DNA of 64,000 nt from contig JAMDDD010000006.1 of assembly GCA_023489275.1 (NCBI GenBank), forward strand, positions 29,504 through 93,503. Reading direction: 5' to 3'. Shown here one piece after another: positions 1-7,906 of this stretch; positions within the stretch are counted from its first letter, which is position 1; every line of letters starts with the position of its first letter. Under the pieces are notes generated by a model. The model was not told the DNA's origin. It ran no database searches and saw nothing but the letters and a program-made list of their open reading frames with translations. The DNA is from Actinomycetota bacterium (GTDB taxonomy: Bacteria; Actinomycetota; Thermoleophilia; BMS3ABIN01). The position numbers were made by a program, and so were the translations under genes.

Positions 1-827
1 GCGCCGCGCACCGACAGTGTCACCTTTTCGCGCCTGCCATTCCTGCCGCCAGGATAAGAAAGGCTGAAGCTGGTCCCGTCCCGGGTCACCAGGATATTCT
101 CGGCCCGGTAGAGGGCGTCATCATTTAAACCATAAGTAATAACCCTGGCTTCAGTGGCTAAGGCCAGCCGCTGCAGCAGCGGCGAATCCCAGATAATCAG
201 GGCGCCATCTGCGGGCAAACTGGCGGCAAACCGTTCGAATACATCCGCCACCTGCTGAATTGATGAATAATGTGAATGATGATCAAGTTCCACATTTGTG
301 ATGACTCCAATCTCCGGGCTGAGATAGAGCAGGGAACCGTCGCTTTCGTCGGCTTCCGCCACCAGCCAGCTGCCGGAGCCGGCCCGGGCGTTGCTGCCGA
401 CGTCATTTAGCTCGCCGCCAACGATGTAGGTAGGCTCCAGCTTCATCTCCTGCATTGCCTGCGCCACCATTGAGGTTGTCGTCGTTTTCCCATGGGTGCC
501 GGCGATGGCAATTCCCCGTTTCATGTCCATCAGCTCGGCCAGCATCTCAGCGCGGTGTTTGACGGCTATCTGCCGCTCCATCGCCGCCTGCAGTTCCACG
601 TTCTGGTCTGAGATCGCTGATGAGACGACCACGGCGTCCGGGTCGCCAAGATTGACGGGATCATGCCCGAATGAAACGCGGATGCCGCATTCCTCCAGCA
701 TGCGGGTGTACCGGGACCGCTTCAGGTCTGATCCGGTAACAGCATAGCCAAGACGATGCGCAACCTGCGCGATGCCGCTCATGCCGGCGCCGCCGATGCC
801 AATAAAATGTAACTTCCGTGAATTCAT
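1..827 (-). CDS. murC: UDP-N-acetylmuramate--L-alanine ligase, N-terminal part (3' end lies beyond window start)
   Basis: Own reverse-strand translation from the ATG at 825-827 gives MNSRKLHFIGIGGAGMSGIAQVAHRLGYAVTGSDL...IAIAGTHGKTTTTSMVAQ...AEADESDGS. This shows the Rossmann motif and the Mur-ligase P-loop. It is absent from the ORF track because it is open at the window edge. It follows murG as in dcw clusters. Confidence 0.9.
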   Translation of the reverse strand, partial: MNSRKLHFIGIGGAGMSGIAQVAHRLGYAVTGSDLKRSRYTRMLEECGIRVSFGHDPVNLGDPDAVVVSSAISDQNVELQAAMERQIAVKHRAEMLAELMDMKRGIAIAGTHGKTTTTSMVAQAMQEMKLEPTYIVGGELNDVGSNARAGSGSWLVAEADESDGSLLYLSPEIGVITNVELDHHSHYSSIQQVADVFERFAASLPADGALIIWDSPLLQRLALATEARVITYGLNDDALYRAENILVTRDGTSFSLSYPGGRNGRREKVTLSVRG

Positions 828-854
828 ATCAACCTTGCTTCCCCGCTCGCTATT

Positions 855-1988
855 TTAACTTTGAACCTTGAACCTTGAGCTTTGAACCAGCTTAAATATT
901 TCATCCGCGATCCTGCCGGCGCCGTCCCGCCGCCCCAGGGAGGCGCTTGCCGCTCCCATTCGCGCGAGACGCTCCCGGTCGCCGAGCAATAACTCAATCC
1001 TTTCCTTCAGGACCGCGCCGGTCAACCCGCTGTCCGGAACGATCTCGGCGGCTCCGGCGGCCGCCATCCACTCCGCGTTCCGGAGCTGGTGGCCGGCCGT
1101 GGCAAACGGATACGGAACCAGCAGCGCCGGCTTGCCCAGCGCCGTCAACTCCTGCACCGAGGCGCCGGAGCGGCCGACAACCAGATCGGCGGCAGCCATC
1201 GCCCGGGGCAAGTCGTTCGTATAGTCTAACAAATGATAATTCTCCGGATCCGCGCCCTGCTCCTGCAAAATGCGGTTTATCATACTGAAATCGCGCTTGC
1301 CGCTGACATGCAGGACCTGGATTTCCAGCCGCTCTTTGCCAAAAGCCCGGGCGCAAGCAAGGTTGATGGAACGGGCTCCGAGGCTGCCGCCGGTCACCAG
1401 CACCACCGGCAAGTCATCCTTAAGCCTGAAAGTCTTTCTGCCCTCCGCTGCAGTCGCCTGAAGCAGCTTCGCCGGCAGCGGCCGGCCCGTGACCAGATAT
1501 CTGCTTCCCTCCCTTCCCGGAATAGCAAAGCTTAAGCAAACGCGCCGCGCCAGGGTGGCCAGCAACCGGTTGGCCAGGCCCATGTAGGAGTCGAGCTCGA
1601 CGATCAGCGCCGGGCGGCGCCCAAGCTCCCAGAGAAGGACCGGCACGGCGCTGACGTAACCGCCGCCGCCCACAACCACATCGGGGCGCCGCCGGCCAAG
1701 AATCCGCGCGCAATCAACCGCCCCCGCGATCAGCGACCAGACGAACAGGAAAACCCTGGGCGACAGGCGCCGCTCAAGACCACGGAGATTGGCCAGGTCA
1801 AGTTCGTAACCGGCAGCCGGCACCAGCTCGGTTTCCAGACCCCGGGGAGTTCCGATAAATGAGACCGAGGCGCCTCTACGCGTGAGCGCGCCGGCGAGAG
1901 CCAGCGCCGGGACCAGATGCCCCGCCGTACCTCCGGCTGCGATTACCACCTTCAATGGCTCTGAATTTTCTGGTGCCGGGTGCGGCAA
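855..1988 (-). CDS. murG: Undecaprenyldiphospho-muramoylpentapeptide beta-N-acetylglucosaminyltransferase
   Basis: 377-aa ORF with the G-loop VVIAAGGTAGHLVPALALA and the C-terminal GRSGASVQELTALGKPALLVPYPFATAGHQLRNAE (GT28/MurG-like). It lies between ftsW and murC. The start is uncertain (TTG at 1955 is an alternative), and the 5' end overlaps the ftsW 3' end. Confidence 0.9.
   Translation of the reverse strand: MPHPAPENSEPLKVVIAAGGTAGHLVPALALAGALTRRGASVSFIGTPRGLETELVPAAGYELDLANLRGLERRLSPRVFLFVWSLIAGAVDCARILGRRRPDVVVGGGGYVSAVPVLLWELGRRPALIVELDSYMGLANRLLATLARRVCLSFAIPGREGSRYLVTGRPLPAKLLQATAAEGRKTFRLKDDLPVVLVTGGSLGARSINLACARAFGKERLEIQVLHVSGKRDFSMINRILQEQGADPENYHLLDYTNDLPRAMAAADLVVGRSGASVQELTALGKPALLVPYPFATAGHQLRNAEWMAAAGAAEIVPDSGLTGAVLKERIELLLGDRERLARMGAASASLGRRDGAGRIADEIFKLVQSSRFKVQS
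859..893. repeat. 7-nt periodic tract T1
   Basis: CTTTGAA|CCTTGAA|CCTTGAG|CTTTGAA|CCAGCTT. It covers the last codons of murG (tail ...SSRFKVQS*). Confidence 0.8.
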
Positions 1989-3180
1989 CGCGACTCCGTG
2001 GATTTATGGCGATGTTTAACAATATTCCGATACTTGCCATAATGACGACAAGATTGCTGCCGCCGTAACTAATGATCGGCAGCGGCACTCCGGTAAGCGG
2101 CATCAGTCCGGTGACGGCGCCGAAATTGACCGCCGCCTGGCTGATCATCAGCGTTGTGATGCCGGCGGCCACGTATTTGGCGAACGGATCACGGCTTTTA
2201 AGAGCAACGCGGTAGCCAACAAAGGCAAACAGCAGGAAGCCGGCGAGCACCGCCAGGACGCCAACAAGCCCCAGTTCCTCGCCGATGATCGCCAGAATCA
2301 TATCTGTATGGTTCTCCGGAAGCCAGTTGAACTTCTGGACGCTGTTGCCGATGCCGACCCCGAAAAGCCCGCCGGAAGCCAGCGCCACCCATGACTGGAT
2401 TACCTGATAACCGGCTCCCTGGGCGTCTTTCCAGGGGTCGAGGAAGGTCGTGATTCGCGCCGCCTGGTGCGGCGATACCAGCACTGAAAGCGCCGCTCCC
2501 ACCCCGCCGGCCATCGCCGGCATCGCTAGCAGGCGCAGCTGCACGCCGCCCACGATCAGCATCGCTCCCAGCGTAATCGCGATGGTGATGGCGGTACCCA
2601 TGTCCGGCTCGATCAGGACCAGTCCGCAGGCGAGCGCCGGCATCGACAGCAGCGGCAGCAGCGTCCGCAGGCTCGTGAACCGGCTCCGCCGCAGCTGCAT
2701 GATCGAAGCCATGTAGAGGATGACCGCCAGCTTGGCCAGCTCCGCCGGCTGCGGCTGGAAGCCGGCGAGGCCCAGACCGATCCAGCGGCGGGCGCCATTT
2801 GTTTTATGCCCGATTCCCGGCAGGAGCACCAGCGCCAGCAGCACCAGGGAGGCCACCATCAGGGCCGGAGCCAGCCGCCGCAGGCGCGTGTAATCAAAGC
2901 GGGCCATGAAAAACATCAGCACCAGGCCCATGACAGCAAAAATCAACTCGCGCTTTAAATAATAGTAACTGTCGTGCTGGCCCAGGAAAGAGCTGCCCCA
3001 GCTGGCGCTAAACACCATGACGACGCCAAAGGCCAGGAGCGCCATCGCCAGCGCCGCCAGCGCCGCGTATTCAAACGCTCCCTGTTGCCGGCGGGGGCGT
3101 TTCTTGCCCGCCGGCGAGGCTTTCTTGCCGGCTTTCCGGTTTACCCGCCGGCCTTGCCGCTGACGAAACCTAGGGCTCAA
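1876..3180 (-). CDS. ftsW: SEDS-family peptidoglycan glycosyltransferase / lipid II flippase FtsW
   Basis: 434-aa multi-TM ORF with a basic N-terminal tail. Motifs: FQPAELAKLAVILY, ENHTDMILAIIGEELGLVG, PLTGVPLPIISYGGSN. Canonical dcw position between murD and murG. Confidence 0.9.
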   Translation of the reverse strand: MSPRFRQRQGRRVNRKAGKKASPAGKKRPRRQQGAFEYAALAALAMALLAFGVVMVFSASWGSSFLGQHDSYYYLKRELIFAVMGLVLMFFMARFDYTRLRRLAPALMVASLVLLALVLLPGIGHKTNGARRWIGLGLAGFQPQPAELAKLAVILYMASIMQLRRSRFTSLRTLLPLLSMPALACGLVLIEPDMGTAITIAITLGAMLIVGGVQLRLLAMPAMAGGVGAALSVLVSPHQAARITTFLDPWKDAQGAGYQVIQSWVALASGGLFGVGIGNSVQKFNWLPENHTDMILAIIGEELGLVGVLAVLAGFLLFAFVGYRVALKSRDPFAKYVAAGITTLMISQAAVNFGAVTGLMPLTGVPLPIISYGGSNLVVIMASIGILLNIAINPRSRVAAPGTRKFRAIEGGNRSRRYGGASGPGAGSRRRAHA

Positions 3181-4768
3181 TCTCCTCCTCGATCATCTGT
3201 TTGACCAGAGATATAAAATGTTCTCCGCGCTCTTCAAAATTGTCATACTGGTCGTAACTGGCGCACGCCGGCGCCAGCAGCACCGTGTCGCCACTGGCGG
3301 CGCTTTCAGCGGCCAGCTTAACGGCGTCTTCCAGGCCGTCCACCATTTCGATCTCCCTGCCGGAGCGTTTAAAGCTGTCCGCGATCTCGCCGGCGGCTTC
3401 CCCGATGGCAATCACCTGTTTCACCCGCCCCGCGGGGGCAGATGCGGCCAGTTGATCAAACGAGCAGCCCTTCGACCGGCCCCCCACAATCAGGTGAATG
3501 CCCGCGTCAAAGGCGGTAAGCGCCTTGACCGCCGCGTCCGCATTGGTGGCCTTCGAGTCATTCACGTATGCAACTCCCCCGGCAACGGCAACCTGCTGGA
3601 GGCGGTGCGGCACCCCGGGAAAGCTTTTCAGGCCGGCCGCTACCTGTTCCGGCGCCAGGCCCAGCGACAGGCAAACTGCCGTTGCGGCCAGCGCGTTTTC
3701 CAGATTGTGTCCGCCCTTCAGCGCCGCCTCCGGCCAGTAAAATACGCGGGTAAAACCTTCAGGGAACCCTTCGCCGCTTCCATCCCCATTCCTGCTTCCG
3801 CTTGTGCGGCGATGCCTGCTTTCATCCAGGGCTGCTCCGGAACCGGTGCCGGCCGCCTCCGCGGGAAATCCCTTCAGGCGCTCCCGCAGCCCCCGGCCGG
3901 CCGCAGCCACGACCTCAAGATCGGCGCTGATCCATCCCGCTTCGGCGCGGACCGCCGGCATCGCGTTCCCGTGAGCGCCCGCGTTGCCGTGAGCGCCCGC
4001 ACTGCCAGACGGCAGAATCCGGTCGCCGGCAAACCAGACGCGGGCCGCCGCCCCCGGCAGGGCGGCCCCGCGCACGGCCTCATCGTTAATGTTAAGGATG
4101 GCGATGTCTTCCGGCCGCTGGCGGGCAAAGATCTTCAGCTTGGCCGCGAAGTATTCCGGCGCTGTCGCATGCCGGTCAAGGTGATCTTCACTCAGGTTTA
4201 GCAGGATGGCCGCCTCCGGCCGGAAGCTGACGCTGTCCTCCAGTTGGAAGCTGGACAGCTCCAGCACCAGAAGCTCGCCGGGGCTGACCTCGCCGACAAG
4301 CGACGAGAGCGCCGTCCCGACGTTTCCGGCCACCCGGCCGCCCCGGCCGGCTCCACGCAGAACATGTCCGATCAGCTCCGTGGTGGTTGTCTTCCCATTC
4401 GTCCCCGTGACCCCGATCACCGGGTTGGAAAGAAAACGCCACGCCAGCTCGACTTCTCCCCAGACGGGAACGCCGCGCCGGCGGGCATTTCGGATCAGCG
4501 GCGCATCCGCGGGCACGCCCGGGCTCTTGACCACCAGGCCGGCGCCCTCAAGCAGGCTGCTGCTCTCAGTGCCCAGATGCAGATCGATCCCTGCCGCCCG
4601 CAGTTCTTCCAGCGCTGCCAGCGCTGCCGGCTCGGCACTGCGGTCACAGACTACAATCCTGATTTGCGGCGCAAAACGCTTGATCATCAGGGACGCCGCC
4701 CGGCCGGACCTGGCGGCTCCTGCCACCACAATCCGGTCAAGCGCCTCTATCTCTGCCGGTACGATCAA
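3170..4768 (-). CDS. murD: UDP-N-acetylmuramoylalanine--D-glutamate ligase (with low-complexity insertion)
   Basis: 532-aa ORF with GVTGTNGKTTTTELIGHVL P-loop, GGHNLENALAATAV and NDSKATNADA motifs. dcw position between mraY and ftsW. It is about 50-80 aa longer than typical MurD because of an insert near 3735-4025. Confidence 0.9.
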   Translation of the reverse strand: MIVPAEIEALDRIVVAGAARSGRAASLMIKRFAPQIRIVVCDRSAEPAALAALEELRAAGIDLHLGTESSSLLEGAGLVVKSPGVPADAPLIRNARRRGVPVWGEVELAWRFLSNPVIGVTGTNGKTTTTELIGHVLRGAGRGGRVAGNVGTALSSLVGEVSPGELLVLELSSFQLEDSVSFRPEAAILLNLSEDHLDRHATAPEYFAAKLKIFARQRPEDIAILNINDEAVRGAALPGAAARVWFAGDRILPSGSAGAHGNAGAHGNAMPAVRAEAGWISADLEVVAAAGRGLRERLKGFPAEAAGTGSGAALDESRHRRTSGSRNGDGSGEGFPEGFTRVFYWPEAALKGGHNLENALAATAVCLSLGLAPEQVAAGLKSFPGVPHRLQQVAVAGGVAYVNDSKATNADAAVKALTAFDAGIHLIVGGRSKGCSFDQLAASAPAGRVKQVIAIGEAAGEIADSFKRSGREIEMVDGLEDAVKLAAESAASGDTVLLAPACASYDQYDNFEERGEHFISLVKQMIEEEIEP

Positions 4769-4807
4769 TTGCGTCCATTATTTGAATTTGTTATATCAGC
4801 TTTCAAG

Positions 4808-4893
4808 ATCCAGCATCCAAAAACCGCATGATCATCCGCATGAAGGGATTTTGATTTTATCCAGCATCCGGATTCCAGCATCTGCCATCCGCC
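4808..4893. repeat. 7-nt periodic tract T2 (two clusters)
   Basis: 4808: ATCCAGC|ATCCAAA|AACCGCA. 4859: ATCCAGC|ATCCGGA|TTCCAGC|ATCTGCC|ATCCGCC. Fills the murD-mraY spacer. Confidence 0.8.
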
Positions 4894-4896
4894 TTT

Positions 4897-5874
4897 TCAG
4901 TGCTTGCCGATTGAGAGATAAAACATGGTGAAACCGGTAGCGGCGAAGATCGCGCCCACGATCCAGAAGCGCATGATTATCTTCGTCTCCGACCATGACA
5001 TCAACTCGAAATGGTGATGCAGCGGCGTCATCAGGAAGACGCGCTTCCGGAATGATTTGAAGCTGAGGACCTGGATGATTACCGAAAGCGCCTCGGCCAC
5101 AAATATGCCACCAATGACAACCAGGAGGATCTCGGTGCGCGTCAGCACCGCCAGGGCGGCGATCGCCCCTCCCAGCCCCAGCGATCCGGTGTCTCCCATA
5201 AAAACCTCCGCTGGAAACGAGTTAAACCAGAGAAAACCGACGCAGGCGCCGCCGATGCAGGCAGAAATAATCCCCAGGTCCGCCTGATTCGTGATGAATG
5301 CGATCGCGGTATAGGTCAGCATGGTGATGGTGACCAGCCCGGCGGCAAGGCCGTCGAGCCCGTCGGTCAGGTTGACCGCGTTGGAGGATCCCACCACGAC
5401 CAGGAAAACTACCAGGAAGTAGCCGAAACCAAGCCGGATCATCGCGTTGCTTAATGGGATCTTGAGCGATTCATGGATTCCGGGAACGTAACGAACCGCC
5501 AGCAGCCCCACGGCCAGGGCCAGAACCAGCTGCAGGCCAAACTTCCCCCGGGCTCTTAAGCCGAGAGAGCGGCGCATCCGGATCTTGGCCACGTCGTCGA
5601 TGAAGCCAATGGCCGCGCAGCCGAGCGCCGTGCCGAGAACCAGCATACCGGCGGCGGTTCGCTCGCTGATGATCAGGAAGGGCACGGTGATGCCGGTCAT
5701 TATCAGAAGACCGCCCAGTGAGGGAATGCCCTTCTTCGTCCGCTGGTGATCCTCCGGGCCCTCCTCGCGGATATGCTGGCCAAACTCGTTGCGCTCAAGA
5801 AAGGCGATGAATTTTGGCCCCAGAAACAGGGTGATCAGCATCGCCGAGATTCCCGAAGCCAGTATCTGAAACAT
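4897..5874 (-). CDS. mraY: Phospho-N-acetylmuramoyl-pentapeptide transferase
   Basis: 325-aa polytopic ORF with motifs GFIDDVAKIRMRRSLGL, NAVNLTDGLDGLA, MGDTGSLGLGG and LHHHFEL. Confidence 0.95.
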   Translation of the reverse strand: MFQILASGISAMLITLFLGPKFIAFLERNEFGQHIREEGPEDHQRTKKGIPSLGGLLIMTGITVPFLIISERTAAGMLVLGTALGCAAIGFIDDVAKIRMRRSLGLRARGKFGLQLVLALAVGLLAVRYVPGIHESLKIPLSNAMIRLGFGYFLVVFLVVVGSSNAVNLTDGLDGLAAGLVTITMLTYTAIAFITNQADLGIISACIGGACVGFLWFNSFPAEVFMGDTGSLGLGGAIAALAVLTRTEILLVVIGGIFVAEALSVIIQVLSFKSFRKRVFLMTPLHHHFELMSWSETKIIMRFWIVGAIFAATGFTMFYLSIGKH

Positions 5875-5888
5875 GCGAGCGGCTCCCC

Positions 5889-7370
5889 CTAAGAGCCCGC
5901 CGCGGCGTGGCCATCTTCGACCGGGGTGCCGGTAAGAACGCGACTTAAACGCTCCAGCCCCATAAACCGGGAAGCCTTGACAAGGACGGCGTCGCCGGGG
6001 TGGATCAACGGCGACGCTCCGGACACCGCCGCCTCGAGGTCCTCGAAGTGATGGGTCTCCGGGTGGTTGCCGGCTCCCCGCAGACCGGCGGAGAGCGCTC
6101 CATCGAGGTAGCCGGCCGCCAACTTGCCGACGCCGATAATAACTTCAACCCCCAGCCGCGCCGCCGCCGCCCCCACCTCCCGGTGATAACGGGGCGATTC
6201 CGGTCCCAGCTCGGCCATATCCCCCAGGATAGCCACTGTGCGCCTGCCGGTTCCGGCGCCGGCCAGGTACTCGAGCGAAGAGATCATCGACAGCGGGTTG
6301 GCGTTATAGCAATCGTTGAGAAGGATGCCGCCGCCAGCCATGGGCAACGCTTCGCCGCGCATGTCTGGAAGGCTGAGCTTCTCCGCCGCGGCGGCGGCCG
6401 CCGCCAGCGGCTGACCCAGGAGGCGGTAGGCGCCGATCGCCGCCATCGCGTTCAGGAGCTGATGCCGGGCGGTAAAATTAAAACAGATGTCAGCCTCTTC
6501 ATTCAGGCAGGAAAGCGTCAGGCAGAGGCGGCCGTCCCGGACCCTCTCCCCGCCGGCAACGTGGATATCGGCGCGACGGTCGAAACCAAACGTAACCAGA
6601 TTGACATCGAGACCGGCAACCAGGGGCTCCAGGAGGGGCTCCCCGTAAGGGATCACCAGGCCGCCACCCGGCGGCAGGTTTTGCCCGATCTCAGCCTTGC
6701 CGCGGGCGATATTTTCCAGGCTGCCGGCGTGTTCCAGATGCGCCGGCCCGATGTTGGTGATGACGGCGATGCCGGGAGCGGCGAGCGCGCACAGCTCCGC
6801 AATCTCTCCCGGCGCCCGCATGCCCATCTCCAGCACGGCGACCTCGGTCCTGGCCGTTATCTGAAGCAGCGTCAGCGGGACGCCGACCTCGTTGTTGAAG
6901 CTGGCCTTGCTGGCGACGGTATGAAGCCTTTCCCTCAGGAGTCCGTGCAGGATGTCTTTGGTAGAGGTCTTGCCGCTACTGCCGGTGATGGCCACCACCG
7001 TGGCGCTGCTGCGCCCGGCCACCAGCGCCGCTGCCTGTCCGAGCGCCCGGCCGGAATCGGCCACGGCGATAACGATTACCTCGCCGGCCTGCCGGCGCCC
7101 TGCCGCGCCTGCGGCATCGCCGGCTGTCAGCTCGGCCGCGAGCCTGCGGGCGGCGGCCTTCTCGGCAATGACGCCGGCCGCTCCCTTCCGGACCGCTTCG
7201 GCGACGAAATCGCCGCCGTCAAAATTATCCCCTTTCAGCGCCACAAAAACGCTGTCTTGCAGATCATTTCTCGTGTCGGTGGCCAGGGCCGTGACAGCCG
7301 CGCCGCCGGAGCCCGCCAGCAGCTCTCCGGAGCATGCATCACAGATTTCCCGCACCGTTAGAGTAATCAA
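5889..7370 (-). CDS. murF: UDP-N-acetylmuramoyl-tripeptide--D-alanyl-D-alanine ligase
   Basis: Motifs TDTRNDLQDSVFVALKGDNFDGGDF, ITGSSGKTSTKD, NDCYNANPLSM and ILGDMAELG identify MurF rather than MurE. The ORF is open up to 7502, but the N-terminal 44 codons look non-coding. It was trimmed to the TTG at 7370 (GTG at 7355 also possible). Confidence 0.85.
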   Translation of the reverse strand: MITLTVREICDACSGELLAGSGGAAVTALATDTRNDLQDSVFVALKGDNFDGGDFVAEAVRKGAAGVIAEKAAARRLAAELTAGDAAGAAGRRQAGEVIVIAVADSGRALGQAAALVAGRSSATVVAITGSSGKTSTKDILHGLLRERLHTVASKASFNNEVGVPLTLLQITARTEVAVLEMGMRAPGEIAELCALAAPGIAVITNIGPAHLEHAGSLENIARGKAEIGQNLPPGGGLVIPYGEPLLEPLVAGLDVNLVTFGFDRRADIHVAGGERVRDGRLCLTLSCLNEEADICFNFTARHQLLNAMAAIGAYRLLGQPLAAAAAAAEKLSLPDMRGEALPMAGGGILLNDCYNANPLSMISSLEYLAGAGTGRRTVAILGDMAELGPESPRYHREVGAAAARLGVEVIIGVGKLAAGYLDGALSAGLRGAGNHPETHHFEDLEAAVSGASPLIHPGDAVLVKASRFMGLERLSRVLTGTPVEDGHAAAGS

Positions 7371-7803
7371 TTTTTCCAACGAATAACTTTTAAGATGATT
7401 CTTGATTGAATTTGCCTTCAGAGGCTTTGTGATCCCGCTAACCTGACAATCTATATCCACATACCCGCGTCGCCGATGTTCGCATCCCCTTTCCCGCCGC
7501 AATTCCCAGCTGCTGCCAAGCGGGCGCCGGAAACCAGGTCACGGTGCTGCCCGGCAGGATCACGGCAGAACCCCAAACCTTGCCCATCGGAACCGACCAT
7601 GACGGTAGCAGCTCAGGCCAGAATCTTGGGTTTTGGGGATGGTAGACTGCGGTGGCCAGCAGGCCATCGAGAAGGGTGAAGTAGTAATCCGCCTTCATCG
7701 GAGAGTCATTGTATGAGAGAGGCGCGCCAATTGCCACCCGCGGGATCGGGAGCCACCCCCGGCAGATTTATGCTGCCGTGGCCGGCCGCGAAGGGCATGG
7801 ACC

Positions 7804-7906
7804 GGATGCTGGACACTGGATACAGGATTTTGGCTGGACCAAAACTTTAATCCTGTTAAATTGAATGTCAACATCCTAAGTCTGGACCCAGTATCCACTG
7901 TCCTTT
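7804..7906. repeat. 7-nt periodic tract T3 (inverted arms)
   Basis: Arm 1: GGATGCT|GGACACT|GGATACA|GGATTTT|GGCTGGA. Arm 2, from 7873, in the opposite sense: ATCCTAA|GTCTGGA|CCCAGT|ATCCACT|GTCCTTT. Directly downstream of the ftsI stop. Confidence 0.7.

Noticed and set aside
3218-4201. Long antisense or overlapping ORFs in the track. Examples: 3218..4201+, 6000..7361+, 7952..8911+, 22380..23156+, 25446..26495+, 26647..27336+, 35853..36812+, 39002..39634+, 50782..51507-, 52696..53448-, 63132..63857-.
   Set aside because: Each lies opposite or out of frame to a gene with strong family motifs. Their translations are Arg/Pro/Gly/Ala-rich with no motifs, which is typical of shadow ORFs in GC-rich DNA.
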